Positions 25,339 through 38,500 of a stretch of 64,000 nt of DNA are shown here, in pieces; position 1 is the stretch's first letter; each line of letters begins with the position of its first letter. Origin of the DNA: Raillietiella orientalis (Eukaryota). The stretch spans positions 1,240,001 to 1,304,000 of the forward strand of contig JAYWIR010000012.1 of assembly GCA_036172245.1 (NCBI GenBank). The letters are read 5' to 3'. Position numbers and translations under genes: made by a program. The notes beneath the pieces are model-generated. The model had not been told where the DNA came from, searched no databases, and saw nothing but the letters and a program-made list of their open reading frames with translations.

Positions 25339-28300
25339 GAAGGCGGTCCTCGGTTTGTGAGGACCGCTCCTCGTTTCTCAGGAGGGAACCCACAAGGAAC
25401 CGCTCCTTCTTTACTCTTTTGAAGAGAACTCGGACGGACGCTTCCAGATTCCTCTGGGGGGCACTCCCCAAAGTGAGAGTTGCGCTTCTGACACTTTGGA
25501 AGAGCTACCCCCCGAGGGAGGTTATCAGGTACCATCTGCATGAAGAACGATGGAGGGTCCACTAGAGGGAGGAAGGGCTACTCCATTTTTACAACCGGAG
25601 GCGAAAAACCCTGAAGGGCTCCTTGATGTCCTGGAAGGACCCCGGAGGGTCGACTTCCAATCCCGGCCAGTCAGCGGGGCCATCTTGGGATTTCCGGCTT
25701 TCACCAGCGCCATTCTGCGGGGGGAACCCGAAACCCACGACTCACCAACTTCTCGGTGTCGATCCTTCCCTGGACGGGATTCGAAACAGCGACGCTCGGA
25801 GCTGTGCGGAGGCCGCAGGCCATACGGCCATCAACGCGAGCCCTCGGAGGTGACTGATGGGAGCGAAAAGTGGGCAGGGCTGCACGTTCCTCCCCTTTCC
25901 CATTCTCATGCTGTCGATCTCCTGATCCCCTCGGCTCGCTCATTCCAGCTCCCCTGCATCCGCGCGAAGAGTTCCCCTTCGCCCCTCGACACGTCAGGGC
26001 GGCGGAGGAATCTGGAGCGGTTTGAAAGCAACCGGCGCGTGGGAGGAAGGGGAAGTGGGAGGGTCGGGGAGAAGGAGGGCAGGAGGGAGAGGAGCGGCCG
26101 AAACGCATTGTCGTGGGCGTGCGCTCACTCGCCCTTTCCGCCCTCCCTCCCCCCCGTCGCACAGGAAGGAGGGGACCCGTCTCTGCCGCGAGATCCGACT
26201 CACGGAATCACGCGGGATCCTCCCGCAAAGGACACTTGCGTCCCTGGGTCCAGATGAGGGAGACTGCATCCAGCTCCGCGAAGCTCGTACGGGAAGCTGA
26301 CGCAATAAAGCGAGGGACGCCCGGGGAGATGAGGGAATTTGTATGAAGATGAAGGAGCGGCCTGGAGGCTGGGACCGGATGAAAAATGCCCCCTGACGTG
26401 CCGGAAAATCTGCTCCCTCGAGGGAGAGAGCCTGAGCGGGCGACTGGTGCGAGCAGGGAACCGACACGATAGGGAGAAACTTCCGGGACTTTTCCGGGAA
26501 ACTTCCGCCGGATCAGGCGGCGGTCGGAAGATGTCGGGCGGCATGCGGACTGCCTCAGAGAGGGAAGAAACGGTCCCCTCGTGCGCGGTCGGCCCTACCT
26601 TGGTGGAGCCTCGGGGACTCCGGTCTGATTCTTCAGGAATGGGCAACCGAGGGTCTCGGCTTTCCGCAACTCCGAATGAGAGGACGGACGTCCCACCTAT
26701 GCGGGCAGGGAGCACGGAGAGCGAGTGTCTGAGGCGACCCCGCGAAGGAGCTCTTCCTCTTCCCTTCCTCTTCCTCCCTTCCTCCCTGCCGCTGCGAGAG
26801 GAGGTCCAGCAGTTGCAGCTTCCTGGATAAGAGCGGTGTCAAAGGGCCTCCTGTCCGCCCCTGATCTTAGCAACGGCGCTCTCCCTTCGCTTCGCGCGGT
26901 ATGGGATCGCGCTGCGGTTCACGAGGGGTGAAGCGGCGTTAAGCAATGGAGGTGGGAAATTTGATGCGAAATCTCCCTCCCATCGGGGAGGTCGGAGGAG
27001 CTCCGCGTGCTCTCCGCTGGCATGGCGTCCACGTGGTCTGCAAGGGAGGAGTTATTTTCGCAATGCCCTCCGATAGTTCCTCGGTTCATCCCTTCGGCTG
27101 AACGGACTTCTTAGCGCCCTGTACCCTCTGCAGTCCTACGAGGGTCGCGGGAGAAGCGATTGGTGCCCATCAGAAGATCGTCCGTCCTCCCACGCTTCTG
27201 GGTAGAGGGGGATGTACATCCTGGACGCGAAGTTCCCTTCCCTACACCCAGGTCAGGCAGTTTCTTCGGGGTTCCCTCGACCCCTTGGCCTCCCGTCTCC
27301 TCCGAGCGGGTAGAGGAGATCGTGGAACAACGTCGGGTAGCAGGGAGAAGCCTCCGAGTTGAGATCGACTTCCGCTCATGGCGGCTGCTGGCCTCTCCTT
27401 TCGATCCTTCAGGTGCCGGAAGGTTGCCGCCAAGAACAGAGCGACTTCAGCTGGAAGCTGAGGTCAGAAAAAACCACGGCCCACGACCTTCTTCCGCGGC
27501 CGGCTCGACGTGATCTTTGCCCTTCTTCGGAGAGTTTTGGGATCACGAAAGGTGCACAGACGCGCCCTTCGTCTCTTCTGCATCCTTTGTCCGGGAACAG
27601 AGTTCCCGGATAGTTTTGCAATAAATGCCCCGGCGCACCCGGGTGATAAACAGACGAGCCCTGCCCCCCATCGGGCAAAAGTTCCAGGGTCGGGCCCACC
27701 CGGCCGCTCCTCAAAAAGGATCGGTGGCTAGATCGACGCCTTTCCAGAATCCCCCAGCGTCCTTGGAGACGACGACATCTCGGACGGGAACGGAGGGGGG
27801 CTGCCTCTCCTCACGCGGGTGTTCGTTGACTCCCTGGGAAGAAGCGCCGCCAATGCGGCTCAGCATCCCGATCTCACAAACGGAGTCCGGCTTCCTCCTA
27901 GACTGACCACTGGGTCCGTGTGCCTCGGCAAAAATGATCGGGTCATGGACGACCCGCAGGAGTCCTCCGGCGGAAGAGAATCCCGGTGCATGGTCCTCGC
28001 GCATCCTCGCTGCGCTCCAAGGAGCGGCCCCTTCTAAGGGGCTCCCAAACTCGGACGAGGTGAGACCGTCGCCTCCCCTGACTCGTCAGTAACCTCTACA
28101 CTGCCCTTTCCGGAGCAGGGATGTTTGTGAGCCTCGCACGACCCACTGCAGCCAGCCGACATCCTCTCTCCTTCCTAGGAACGTCCATCTCCTTCCTGAG
28201 CATCCTTGAGCAGCCCGAGGGGCTCTAAGACTGAAGGAGTGGACCAGCAGCAAGGGAGCGACCTCTGCCGCGGGCGCGAAATAAGGGCGAGGCTTTCGCC

Positions 28301-28649
28301 ACGCCCTCCGGCGGGAAGTCCGCGCGGACAAAGGCGCAACCGAGACCCCGAGACGCGCGCGACTCGTTCCGATCCACACCAAAGTCTCCAAGACACAGGG
28401 GTGGGTGGGCGATGTGCCTCCGTGCCCCACGCCTTTGCGCAGGGAGGTGATTGCAACCCACTCTGCCCTTGCTGCTCGTCCGCTTCCCGGAAGTCTCCCG
28501 GCCTCCGCCCCAGGGAGGAGAGCACTGTCTCTCGCAACGCCACTGACGAAGGATCCCCTCCCCCACCTGCGGTCCTTCACACCCCTTCGCCCGGCGGAAG
28601 GGGTCGCTGCGGAGATGGCAGCGGCGGAGTTGCCCACTGAGACGGGGTA

Positions 28650-29449
28650 GGGAATGCTGCCTGATTGGTTCGCATCACTCCCTGATTGTCATCTCCTGGA
28701 AGGGAGGGAGAAAGGAGGGGAGAAGGAAAAGAGAAGAGGAGGAGAAGAGGAGAGAAGGAAGAAGAGGGGGAAGGGAGGAGGAGGAAGGAAAAGGTGGAGG
28801 AAGAGGAAGGGGGAGGAGAAGAGCCTCGAAGCTGTTTCTTCACCCGCTTTCCTTTCTTGAGCAGCAAGGATGGCGGCGGCTTGAAGATGAAAATGCTAGG
28901 CCATGAGGTTGTTGCCATGCCATGAGGCTGAGGGATGCAGAGGCCCTGGCCCTCTGCAGACCCGCTCCGATACGCCATGGTCTCCGGACACGGGGAAGAG
29001 AGATTTTTCCGTGGTTTTGGCGAGTCCTGAGAGGGTTGGGAGGCGAAGGATGCTACCCCCTCCCTTTCTCCAAGCACTTTCTCCGCCGCGGGCGGAGGCT
29101 CTGTGGTGGTCCGCGACGGAGCCAGCCTCACACTCTCTCGAGACCTCCTCTGCCGCCGGAAAGCGTCGGCTTTCTCCGGTGCGGACGGGCTGTGGCCGCG
29201 GCTCCCGGCTCGCTCTGCGCGTGCGTGCGCGCGCGCGAGCGACTCCGGGACGGTCGGCCGGAGCGGCGACGTCCATGCGCCGCCTTCTCCGTCGCCAGTC
29301 GGTGCGCGCCCTCCGCAGCGAGCGGTTGTCGGTGGTGGTGTTTGGCGGTCAGCGAGGGCGGCGGCGAAACGGAGGGAGACGAGCGAGGAGGAAGGAAAGA
29401 AGAAAGGAGGAGGACGGGTTTCCTTGGCGACTGGTGCTCCGAGGCTGGC
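28650..29449 (+). promoter_or_regulatory. Probable promoter / 5' region of the PTP gene
   Basis: Contains a reverse CCAAT (CTGATTGG ~28661), a long GA tract, a CpG-dense stretch with an alternating (GC)n run, and an X-box-like 14-mer at 29418-29431, all just upstream of the signal-peptide ATG. Confidence 0.45.
28698..28823. repeat. Polypurine (GA-rich) low-complexity tract
   Basis: 126 nt of G/A with a single T at 28795. Confidence 0.9.
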
Positions 29450-29528
29450 ATGAGCGGGTGGACCGGGACCCTGCTACTAGCGATGGTCCCACTGCTCTTT
29501 GGGAGCGTTGAGCTCGGACGCATTTTCG
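29450..29528 (+). CDS. Ptp99A: Exon 1: signal peptide [26 protein letters not shown]
   Basis: ATG, a hydrophobic core and a strong donor G|GTAAGA. Phase 1 matches the exon 2 acceptor (G+AG=Glu). It lies in a CpG-rich, promoter-like region. Confidence 0.7.
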
Positions 29529-32500
29529 GTAAGAGTGCTGTTTTTCGGGAGACTGACGAGGGGACGACCAGGGGAAGAGGCTGCGGCCCTTCCTCATCCG
29601 CGAGTGGAAGGCATCCCTTCCTGAGATTGCCGCCGTCTGGCAACAAAGTTGTGTGGGCCATGATAGGGGACCAAAATAGGGGTCACCTCTCACCTCCCCT
29701 TCCCTCCCTTTCCACCCTTTCGCTTTTCGAAATCCCTTCCTTTCGATCCGAGTGCTGACGTCAGTGGTTTTGAGCGCCGCCTCCCCAGAGGATGCTGCCT
29801 TCTCCAGAGAGGAAAATGAGGAAGGCAAGCACCAATTCCCCGTTCCCCTACCTCTTTCTCCTCTTCCTCCAGGAATAGGAGGAAGAGGTAGTTGATCCAT
29901 GACCCCCCTCCCTGCAGGTCGTCCGGCGACCAACTCGCCCCATAACGGCAGCTTCCCTCCCGATCAGGGTCTTCCGTCCGCCTCCAGGGAGGAGAGGATG
30001 CGACACCCCTGGTAGCCCTACAGCATGGCCTCTCTCTTTCCCTCTCGGTGGCAGCAAACAGGAACCGGAGGGAAGACCAGAAAGTATCCGTTTCCTTGCC
30101 TTCAATTCCGGTAAGCACCGGAGGGCACCCGCTTCCCTGACTCCTTCCCCCTTGAGTTCCCTTTTCTCTTCTTCCCTGCTCCTTCAGGACCTCCGGGGGT
30201 GCCGCGCCGTCATCCCTAAGGACTTCCAATGCGATTCCCCATGCGATCGAAAGCGCCCTCATGCCGAGATGGGCCCATTCCGTCCTCTTCCTATTCTTCC
30301 TCTCCTCTCAGATGCGGCAATCCCTCTGTGACCCTCCTCCGAGTGGGCGCCTCACGAACAACCACATCCTCACACCTCCGGCTGCGGAGCAAGGGAAGTC
30401 CTCTAGGAGAGTCCTAGTTCCCCCTCCGCCCCTCCCGAATTGACGTGAGTGCTTCCGTGTTGCCAGTCGGGGGACTTCGGTTTCCGGTAGCTTCCGTATG
30501 GCACGCCCGTCTGGAGCGTCTTCCGGACCGCGTTCCTGGGTCAGCGGCGACACCATTGTTCCCACGGTTCCCGGAGACTCCCGTGCTAGAGGCTGCGACA
30601 TGGCTGACCGTTCTTCCGAGGCAGCTCAGTAGCGGGCTGAAGGTCTCAGGGAGGAATCGAGCGAAAACCTGCGTCAGACCAGAGGCAGACCGCGCGAGAG
30701 GGATGCCTCGCTCTGGCTCCAGGAAAACAACCAATCCCGAAGAATGAGGCAGGAGAGGGCAGCAACGAGTGCGACCTTGTCCCTTCCTCCTCCTTCAAGT
30801 GGCATCACCCTTCGATCCCCAATGACGAGTCCTGAACCGAAGTCGGAAGTGCATTTCCTCCTCCTCTCACCCCGACTCGTCTCCAGCGCCGCCAGCTGAG
30901 GTAACGAGGCCATCCATTCCCTTCTTTTTGGAGGGAGGAATTGGCCATTGGCGCACCGCTCGCTGACCCCTGGGAGTCTCTTTCATCGCGGGGCGCACGC
31001 GCAAGACTGCACTCTCTCCCGGCGCGTGAGGACCCGCTCTTCCCTTGGCGAGAGAGGACGCGTCCCGTAGCAACCGTGGCAGGATTTATGGCATTGTGCT
31101 GATCGCATCTGCAGCTTTTTATTGTTGGACTGCTGGGAAGGAGAGATTGAAGGCAGAACTGATTATTTATGGACACTCGAGAGATAAAACCAGGGAATGC
31201 TAAGCAGCATCGTTCAGCAGCATGGACCCCGGCGAGGATGCCGGCGCCTCTCCCTCTCTCCGCTGTCGGCAAGTGGTGCAGCGTGGGTCCTCTCCGCAAC
31301 GGCTGCTCCTTTCCCGAGGACTTTTCCTCCTTATCGACCTGCAGGTCGGCCTCTCTTCTTGCCTACCTTCGGATGACGCCCACTTCCTTTTCCTTGCCTC
31401 CCCTTCCCTTCCAACCTACCCTGAGGACTCGTGACGAGTCCAGGAGGTGGAGGGCCAGGGTCCATCTGTCACGGTCTCCCTCAAGGTTCCTTCCCGGAGA
31501 TCAGCTGCGAGAGGCTTCAGCCGGCGCTTCCCACCGGCGCTCCGCTGACCCGGTGGGAAACGCGGGTCAGAGGTCCAGTCCCCTTCTCAAGGACGGGGGT
31601 AGCGTCCCCCGGAGTCCTGTTACCCGCGATGCATTTGGCGCCTCAGTGTAGGGTGCGCCTCATTTTCACCACACCCTCTTCCTTTCGTCACCGGAGAGGG
31701 ACTGCACGGAGCCTTCCTGAGGCTGCCGGCGAGCAAACCCGCTGCCCTGGGAGCTCCAAACTCTCGGAAGAATCCCTGAAGGGCTCAGGGGACACCCGCC
31801 AAGGAGGACTCCGGTCGGAGACTCAGCAGCGCACGAAGGTCCCTGTGGGCAAAGTCACGCGATCCGGCCCGTCGCCACGCGACCCTCGTCCGGCTACAGC
31901 ACCGTCGGCTGGCCTAGCACGCACTCCCTGAGACGTACAAGGCCACGAACTCCCGGAAGAGCAGAACCCTGGCTCCGTCGTAGGACCTTCCAGCTGACGA
32001 GGGATTCCCCGCTCCCTTCCCTCCGGAATGTGCTTGTTTTTTTGGCCAGGGCTGCGCGAACCCCAAGCACCGCGTGACTCCCGACGACGCCTTGAGAATC
32101 CCGGAAATGAAGGCAGGCGGCGGGCGCTCGCCCGCCTGGATGATGGATAAGTTCCTGAATTGCAGGTTCTCCTCGGTCTTCAGCCTCTCCTTCCTCCCGG
32201 ATCCCCCTCGGCTCCCTCAAGTCACGTCAGCAGCGGGCGTCTCTTTCGTGATCTTGGATGGCGCGTGAGCCTCCGTGGGGCACTCTGCCTCCTCCCGAAT
32301 CCCAGGGACCCGTGGGAGACCTCACCACAAGTGGGAAGCAGTGGAAGACCCTCTACTGCCTCCCGCAAGCGGCCTCTCTCGCACGCTGGGCCACCCCAGC
32401 TGCCTTGGCCGAAGGAGGATTCCCACTCCATATCCACAGCCTTCTTGATTCCAGCCAGGAGAGCGAGCGTCGCCCATGAAGTCGGCTGCCCGTCCCACTC

Positions 32501-35500
32501 CACGTCAGCGCAGCCTATCCCCATGGATGAGTGGCTCATCCCTGACTCCCCCGGGGGAAGTCCGCTTTGCCCCTATCCTCTGAGGTCCACTCCCTCCTCG
32601 TCCTCCGCCGGAGGCGGCTCGATGCTTCGAAGCGCCAACTAGTGGCGGAGCTCTCGACGACGGAAAGGGAGGGGGCGTATTCTCCACCGGGAGCGGATCG
32701 GAGCTGCCGTCCTTCGGACTGGAGGGCGTTGCCCGCCGCTTACTTTCCCCTCGGGTGCGCTCCGCAACCTTCTCATGAGCGGACGGGTTGCCCCACCCAC
32801 ACAAAAAAGCCCGCGTCATCCCCTGCACCCGGCAGCCTTCGACCTGCGAGGCGACGGACGCCTCCTCGAATCCCCGCCGACGGGGGAAAAGGTGGAATCT
32901 CCTCTGTCCCTCGGGACTCTCCCCATTACGCAGTCGCGAGCGACCACAGAGGGATGAAAAGCCCCGCGGAGGAACCGCCCGCGAGATGCGCAGAGCGCAG
33001 AGCAGCCCCGCGCGGAGCCCCTAGCGCCGCGGTCGCCTCCGGGCGGGAGTATCCAGGAAACTGGGGAGGTTGCCATGGAGAAAGGATCGGCCTTCGGCGC
33101 GTGTCCGAGAGGATTGGCACAGTTCCGCTCCTCGAGGTCTGCCTGGTCCGCCGGTCGATCACAGTGCCCTCCTCACAGGCGGGTGGAGTAGGGGGTGGCA
33201 CGAGCGGCGGAAGAGATCCTGCAGTAGAAAGTACAGTGCGTCCCACGGATCTCCGACCGCGTCAGGACCGGCGACCCGGCCCGACTGCCCGCGGCCGCGA
33301 GCCTGATGCAAGTCTCGGGTCGCTCCAGAAGTCCTCCTCCGTCCTGATGAATGCCTAGCAGAGGAGAATGCACGCGAATCCTGAAGGACAGAGGAGACAG
33401 CGACCTCATTCCTGGCCTTCCGGAGGAGGGAGCCGCGGGTCGCTTTCCAGGACCTTCGGGGGCGCGTCTCGCACGCCCAGGCCGCCATCCGCGCGGGTTC
33501 CTTCCGATGTTCCCTTCCCCATGACCCCATCTGGGGAGCCCACCCTCATTACACGAGCTCCGTGGACTCTCGGCCGGTCCGACTGTCTTCCCATTGAGCC
33601 CCATGTCTTCGCCTTCTGCTGCCACCTTTACTGTGGCCATCAAGGAGTCTTCTTTAGCTATAAATCGTCGCTCCCGGTTTATGGACCCGGCTATGTCCGA
33701 GCTCCCCTCCTCCAGGATGGAGCCTCCTGATCATTCGCCAAGGTCCTCTACTCTTTGTGTTCTTAGCTTCTCAACCCTCCCTTTCTCCTTTCCTTTTTTC
33801 CTCTTTTCGACTCCCGGGTGCCCCACCTCTCGCTGGTTTTGCGGTTTCTGCTGCCTCTCACGAATGCCCTTCGGCTGTCTGGTCGGAAGGGGCTTTGGCA
33901 ATGCCGATGAGAGCTGCTAGAGCCCGGCCTCTCCCGTCTGAGACCCGCGTATGCCCTCAAGGCCAGGGACAAAAGGGTTCCAGGAGGGAGAGCCGCATTT
34001 CCGGCGCCAGGTTCTGGTCATCTCCCGCGTCCCTGGGGAAGGGTGGGAGTCCCGGCTCTTATGAGGCACGTGTGGCTCGGCATCCAGCTCCTGCCTTCTT
34101 GCGCTCTCCGTCCCTCCCCTTGGAGACCCCCCTCGGACCGTCTGACTGACCATCGTCGGTCCCGGTAGCCGCCCTGCGGCGACCGAGTAGCGCAGATTGC
34201 GGAAGGCGCCTCGAAGGAATGCTGCAGTGCCATGCGGGAAACGTCCATGCCAGAAGGACGAAAGACACTTCAGAGCTTGCGTGTCCGCCGAGGCGAGTCA
34301 CAGGCGATGCTGAGCGAGAGGCCCAGGTGACTCCTATCGGTAGTAAGACGGAAGACGAGCCTGAGGTTTGAGTCCGCTGCTGGTCACTCCCGTCTCCTCT
34401 GCCTGCTGTCGGGCTCGCCGAGCCTCACCGATGGCTCTGCCCAGGGAGGAGGGGGAACTTGGAGGACTCACCCGGGACAGAGAGCGAGCCTTCCGCTGTA
34501 TTCTCACGAGTCCGGTGGTCACTCTGGCAACCGTGGCGTGTCCGTCTCCACCAGGTCCACTGCCCTCCCTTCGAGCTCCCTTGACCGGGATTCCTGTTTC
34601 CTGGGAGACGAGACGTCTGCTTCCTCTGAAGCAGGCCCGTTCTCTGGCGGCGAACGGGAAAGTTCCGCCCGTCGACCGATGCGTTTTTCCTTTCCAGGGA
34701 GTCTCGGAAGTCGCGTCGGTGGCGCGTCTCCCGTCGCCGCGATTTGTCGAGGCAAATGGGCGCGGGTGAGGAAAGAGGGAGAGGGGAGACCCATCGCTCC
34801 CGAGCAGGGGGAAGGAGGGGGTAAAGAGGGAAGAGTAGGGAAGACGAATGACGGGTTTTCCGCGTGCGCGTCTCGGCGGCTCCCGCAGCGGCGGGAAGCT
34901 GAGAGAGGGAGACCCCTCCGTGCTCCTGGAGCCGAGCCAGCCCGAGGGCGCCAGGGCGAGAAAAATGGCCTCCACTTCCGGTCCGTCTCCCTCCCGCAGT
35001 CTCCCCGGAGGGAGCGAGGGTTCTTGGGTGCCCTCCTCATGCTCCGGAAAAGCGGAGCCAGCCGTCCCGGATCTGGGGGATTCAGAAGACGGGAATCGTT
35101 TCTTGGGGAGCTCTGGAGTCAGGTGCCGCGCGCGTCTCCTCTATATAGGAAGGGTCTCCCCTTTTTCTTTCCCTTCTCTGCCTCCCATTTCCTCCTTGGA
35201 GCTTGTGTGAGTCTCCCCGGATCGCCTCCCTCCTTTTTCCCTCTCCACCTCCTCCTTCGATCTCCTAGGAGACGGAAAGTTTTTGGAAGTGCTCGGCTCT
35301 TCTCCCCCGGGATGTCCGGAGCGCCGCTCCCTCTGAAGGGACGACTTTGCCGCGCCTCGCGCAGCGACGCCTCTGCAGCAGCCCGAGGACTGATGAGAGG
35401 AGGTTTCCATGGCACCGTCGCTGCAGCCTCCCGGCATATGGGATCAGGAGGGAGAGCCTCCAAGGTGTCTGGCCCGTCCGGGGTCGTTTGGTCTGTACGG

Positions 35501-38500
35501 GACTCTCCTCCCTGCTCGCATCCACTTCGTCCGATCCATCACCCCTGCATTCCTAGGCCTTAAATTCCTTCGTCTCCCCCCCCCCCTCGCCCTCTCCTCT
35601 TGAGGACTCTCCCATCGGCTTATCCATCACAACCGGACAGTTTAATCAAAACAGGAATTAACGAGAGGGGACGTGGGCTTTCCCGGCCCGGGCACGGTGG
35701 CGACCCGCGGGATCCATGCTCTTCCGTCATTGCCACATTCCTCATCAGCCGCCGCGGGCACCATGATGGATGGCCTTGAGTAATTAAGCGACGTGTGAAA
35801 TGTGCGGAAGTGCCGCGAGGGAGGAGGAAGATCGCGCGTCGACCGCGACCTCAGGGTGGCCTCCGCATCAGGACGCCTGGTGGTCTCCAGCGAGCGCTCT
35901 TCGCTCGGCCGGAGAGCCCCACGCTGCCTGGTGGCCCACTCCCTGGAGACCAGCCCTCTCTTCTTCCCCCAAAGCGGAGGGAAAGTCGCTCCGAGGCGAC
36001 TGGCAGACTTGTCCTGCATGAGCTCGAAATGAACCGACGCTGTTTCCCTGTTTCATTGAAGGGACCCGAGTGACCCCTAGGCACGTGGTGGTGGTAGTCA
36101 CACCGCCTTTCCTCCTGCCGAGCCGCAGTGCGAGGCCGCGACAGACTTCCAGAGGCTTCCGGAGTCCCCGTGCTTGGGAGGCGCCTCTCACGCATCCAGC
36201 AACGGTCAACCCCTTCCTATACCTTGACCTCTCAAAGCAGTTATGACAGATTCAGCAAGCTTGGACATGCGGACTCCCAGAAACCGTCTCTTTGCTCCTA
36301 GAACCCGAAGAAGTCCAACGCCCTCCTCTGCGCACCCTGCCGCGCCCCCCTTGACTCCATCCTTACGGAAGAAGTGAACGTGAGAACGCCCTCGTGCCTC
36401 AAGAGGGAGCACCCGGTTCCCCCCCGTCTTCCTGCCACTGTCTGCGAGGGTCTCAGCTTCGCTTGCGCTGCCTGGGTTTCCCGAGAAACGTGGACGCTGG
36501 GTCACGGTGATCAGCACGCGTTGGAGGGGCGGCCTCTGTAGATAACGCGTGACTCACGCGTGTGGGTGTCTCGGCAGGTCGCGCGCGCGGCCCGGCGTCC
36601 TTGGAACTCCTCCACGTCTCCTGCTTCACACCGGCTGCCAGGTTCCAGAAAGACGCAGGAGAGCCGCTTGGTCCAGCAGTTGCCTTCTCCCATACGGTCT
36701 TGCTTCCATCGAGGTTTAGCGGGGAACGTGAGAGGGTGGAAGCGGCACCGCTCCATTCAGACGCTCGGATGCCTCTTTCCCACGCGGGGGCCACTCACGG
36801 GACCAACCTTCGAGAGTCCTTGGGCCGACGACGGCGACGAGATGAGGCGTCCGGCAGTCGTAACGAGGCGCGCGCGACGCGTCGACCAACTCCGTATCTC
36901 GGCGCGGAAAGGAACGTCTGGGGTCAGCCGGCCCGAGTCGACAGTCAGGAGAAATGTGACCGCCTCCAACCGTCGACTTGTGGCTCCGAGGAGTGCGAGC
37001 CCCCCGGCATGTGACTCCGGGCCACAAAAACTGCCTGCTCCGGAGAGTCCTGCACGGTGGGGGGAAGGCGAGGAATCGAAAAGGCTCTTCTTGGGCTACC
37101 ATTACCGCAGGCATTCTCTCACGGGCGATGCCCATGGCCAAGTTATTTCCATGCCGGACGAAGCGTCGTCTTTCTCTCCCCACCCCACAGCCCCGCCTTC
37201 TCCTTACCGGAATGGGAACAAACCGTGATTACGGGGCCTACTCGGATACGAAAGTCACTCCCCCGTCTACGTCCGGGAAAGGGGGTCCTGCTCGTCCGCC
37301 GCGCTCGCGACACGCCCTCGAGATGGACCTTCGCGCGTCCATATGGGGCCCTGGCCTTGCGTTCTTCTCCCCTGAAAGCTGCGCCGCCCCCAAAGTCCCA
37401 AGGCAGGCCGCTCCTCCTCAGCCTCTGGCTGAAACTTTTCTGGAGATAGCCAGGAGCACAGGGGTAATGGTCTTATTGAATCTATGAGATCCGTTAGAAG
37501 AAGGACTGCCGCTTCGGGAGGATGTCCTCCCGGAGCGAACGGCGCTCGGACACCGCAGGGAGAGACGCTAGCGGTGTGGCACCCGACATGCGCCACGTGA
37601 CCCCGGCGGCAGCCTCGTTCTCCGCCTCCTTCCCTTCCCCCGGGAAGGTGACCGCTCTCCCTCGGGAAGAACAAAGGTGCCCCGTGCCAGTTCATCAGAG
37701 GAGCCCGGCGGCGAACGTCTGGCAGCTTTCCGTGGTCCTGATCAACCTTCCGGCGCACTTTCACAGCCTTCTGGGGACAGGAAGCGGGATCCTGGGTCCC
37801 TCATGTCCTCCGTGATATCCCCGGGCCGTTGCGAAAGTGGTGAGAAGGAACTAGCTTTGGAAGCACTTCGCGCCGGGTTACTCCGCGGTTGGAACCGAGA
37901 GTGCAGAGAAAACCTCCCAAAGTGCTCGGTTCGTTGGTACGAGGTCAGACCGCAGACGGCCTCGCGAGGACCAGGGAAGCCCGAGTCTAAGTAGGGGGAG
38001 GGAGAGAAAGAGGTACGCAGACGCCCTCACGCGGGCCAGAAGGCTCTGAACGGCATCCACGAGCGTAGCGGAGTAGCTCCCGCAGGAAAGACTGAAGCGC
38101 GAAGGGACCCTCCGGCGGTTTCCAGCGACTTCACCCTTCTTTTCCCTGTTCCCAGAGGCCACGACGGCGACAGTCCAGAACGTCTTTGTGGAGGCGGGCA
38201 GGAACTTCACCCTTCCTTGCCCCGGACTAGCAGAGCAGACCTTCGTCCTCAGCCTGGAGTGGCAGTGCAAGGGCTGCATCCAGGGAGAGGCTCCTGGGGC
38301 TGGGCCTGTCGTTCTGACGCAGTACCAGACGGAGATGGTCACCGTGAGGCACAACGAGCGTCGCATCCAGCTGACTACTCCCGGCTACGGCCTCAACTTC
38401 AACCCAGTCCTGTCGCAGGACACTGGCGAGTACAAGTGCCTTGTGAACAGCAGACCCAACCCCGGGGTGGTGGTCCGCCTGTTTGTACAAGGTGAGCAGA

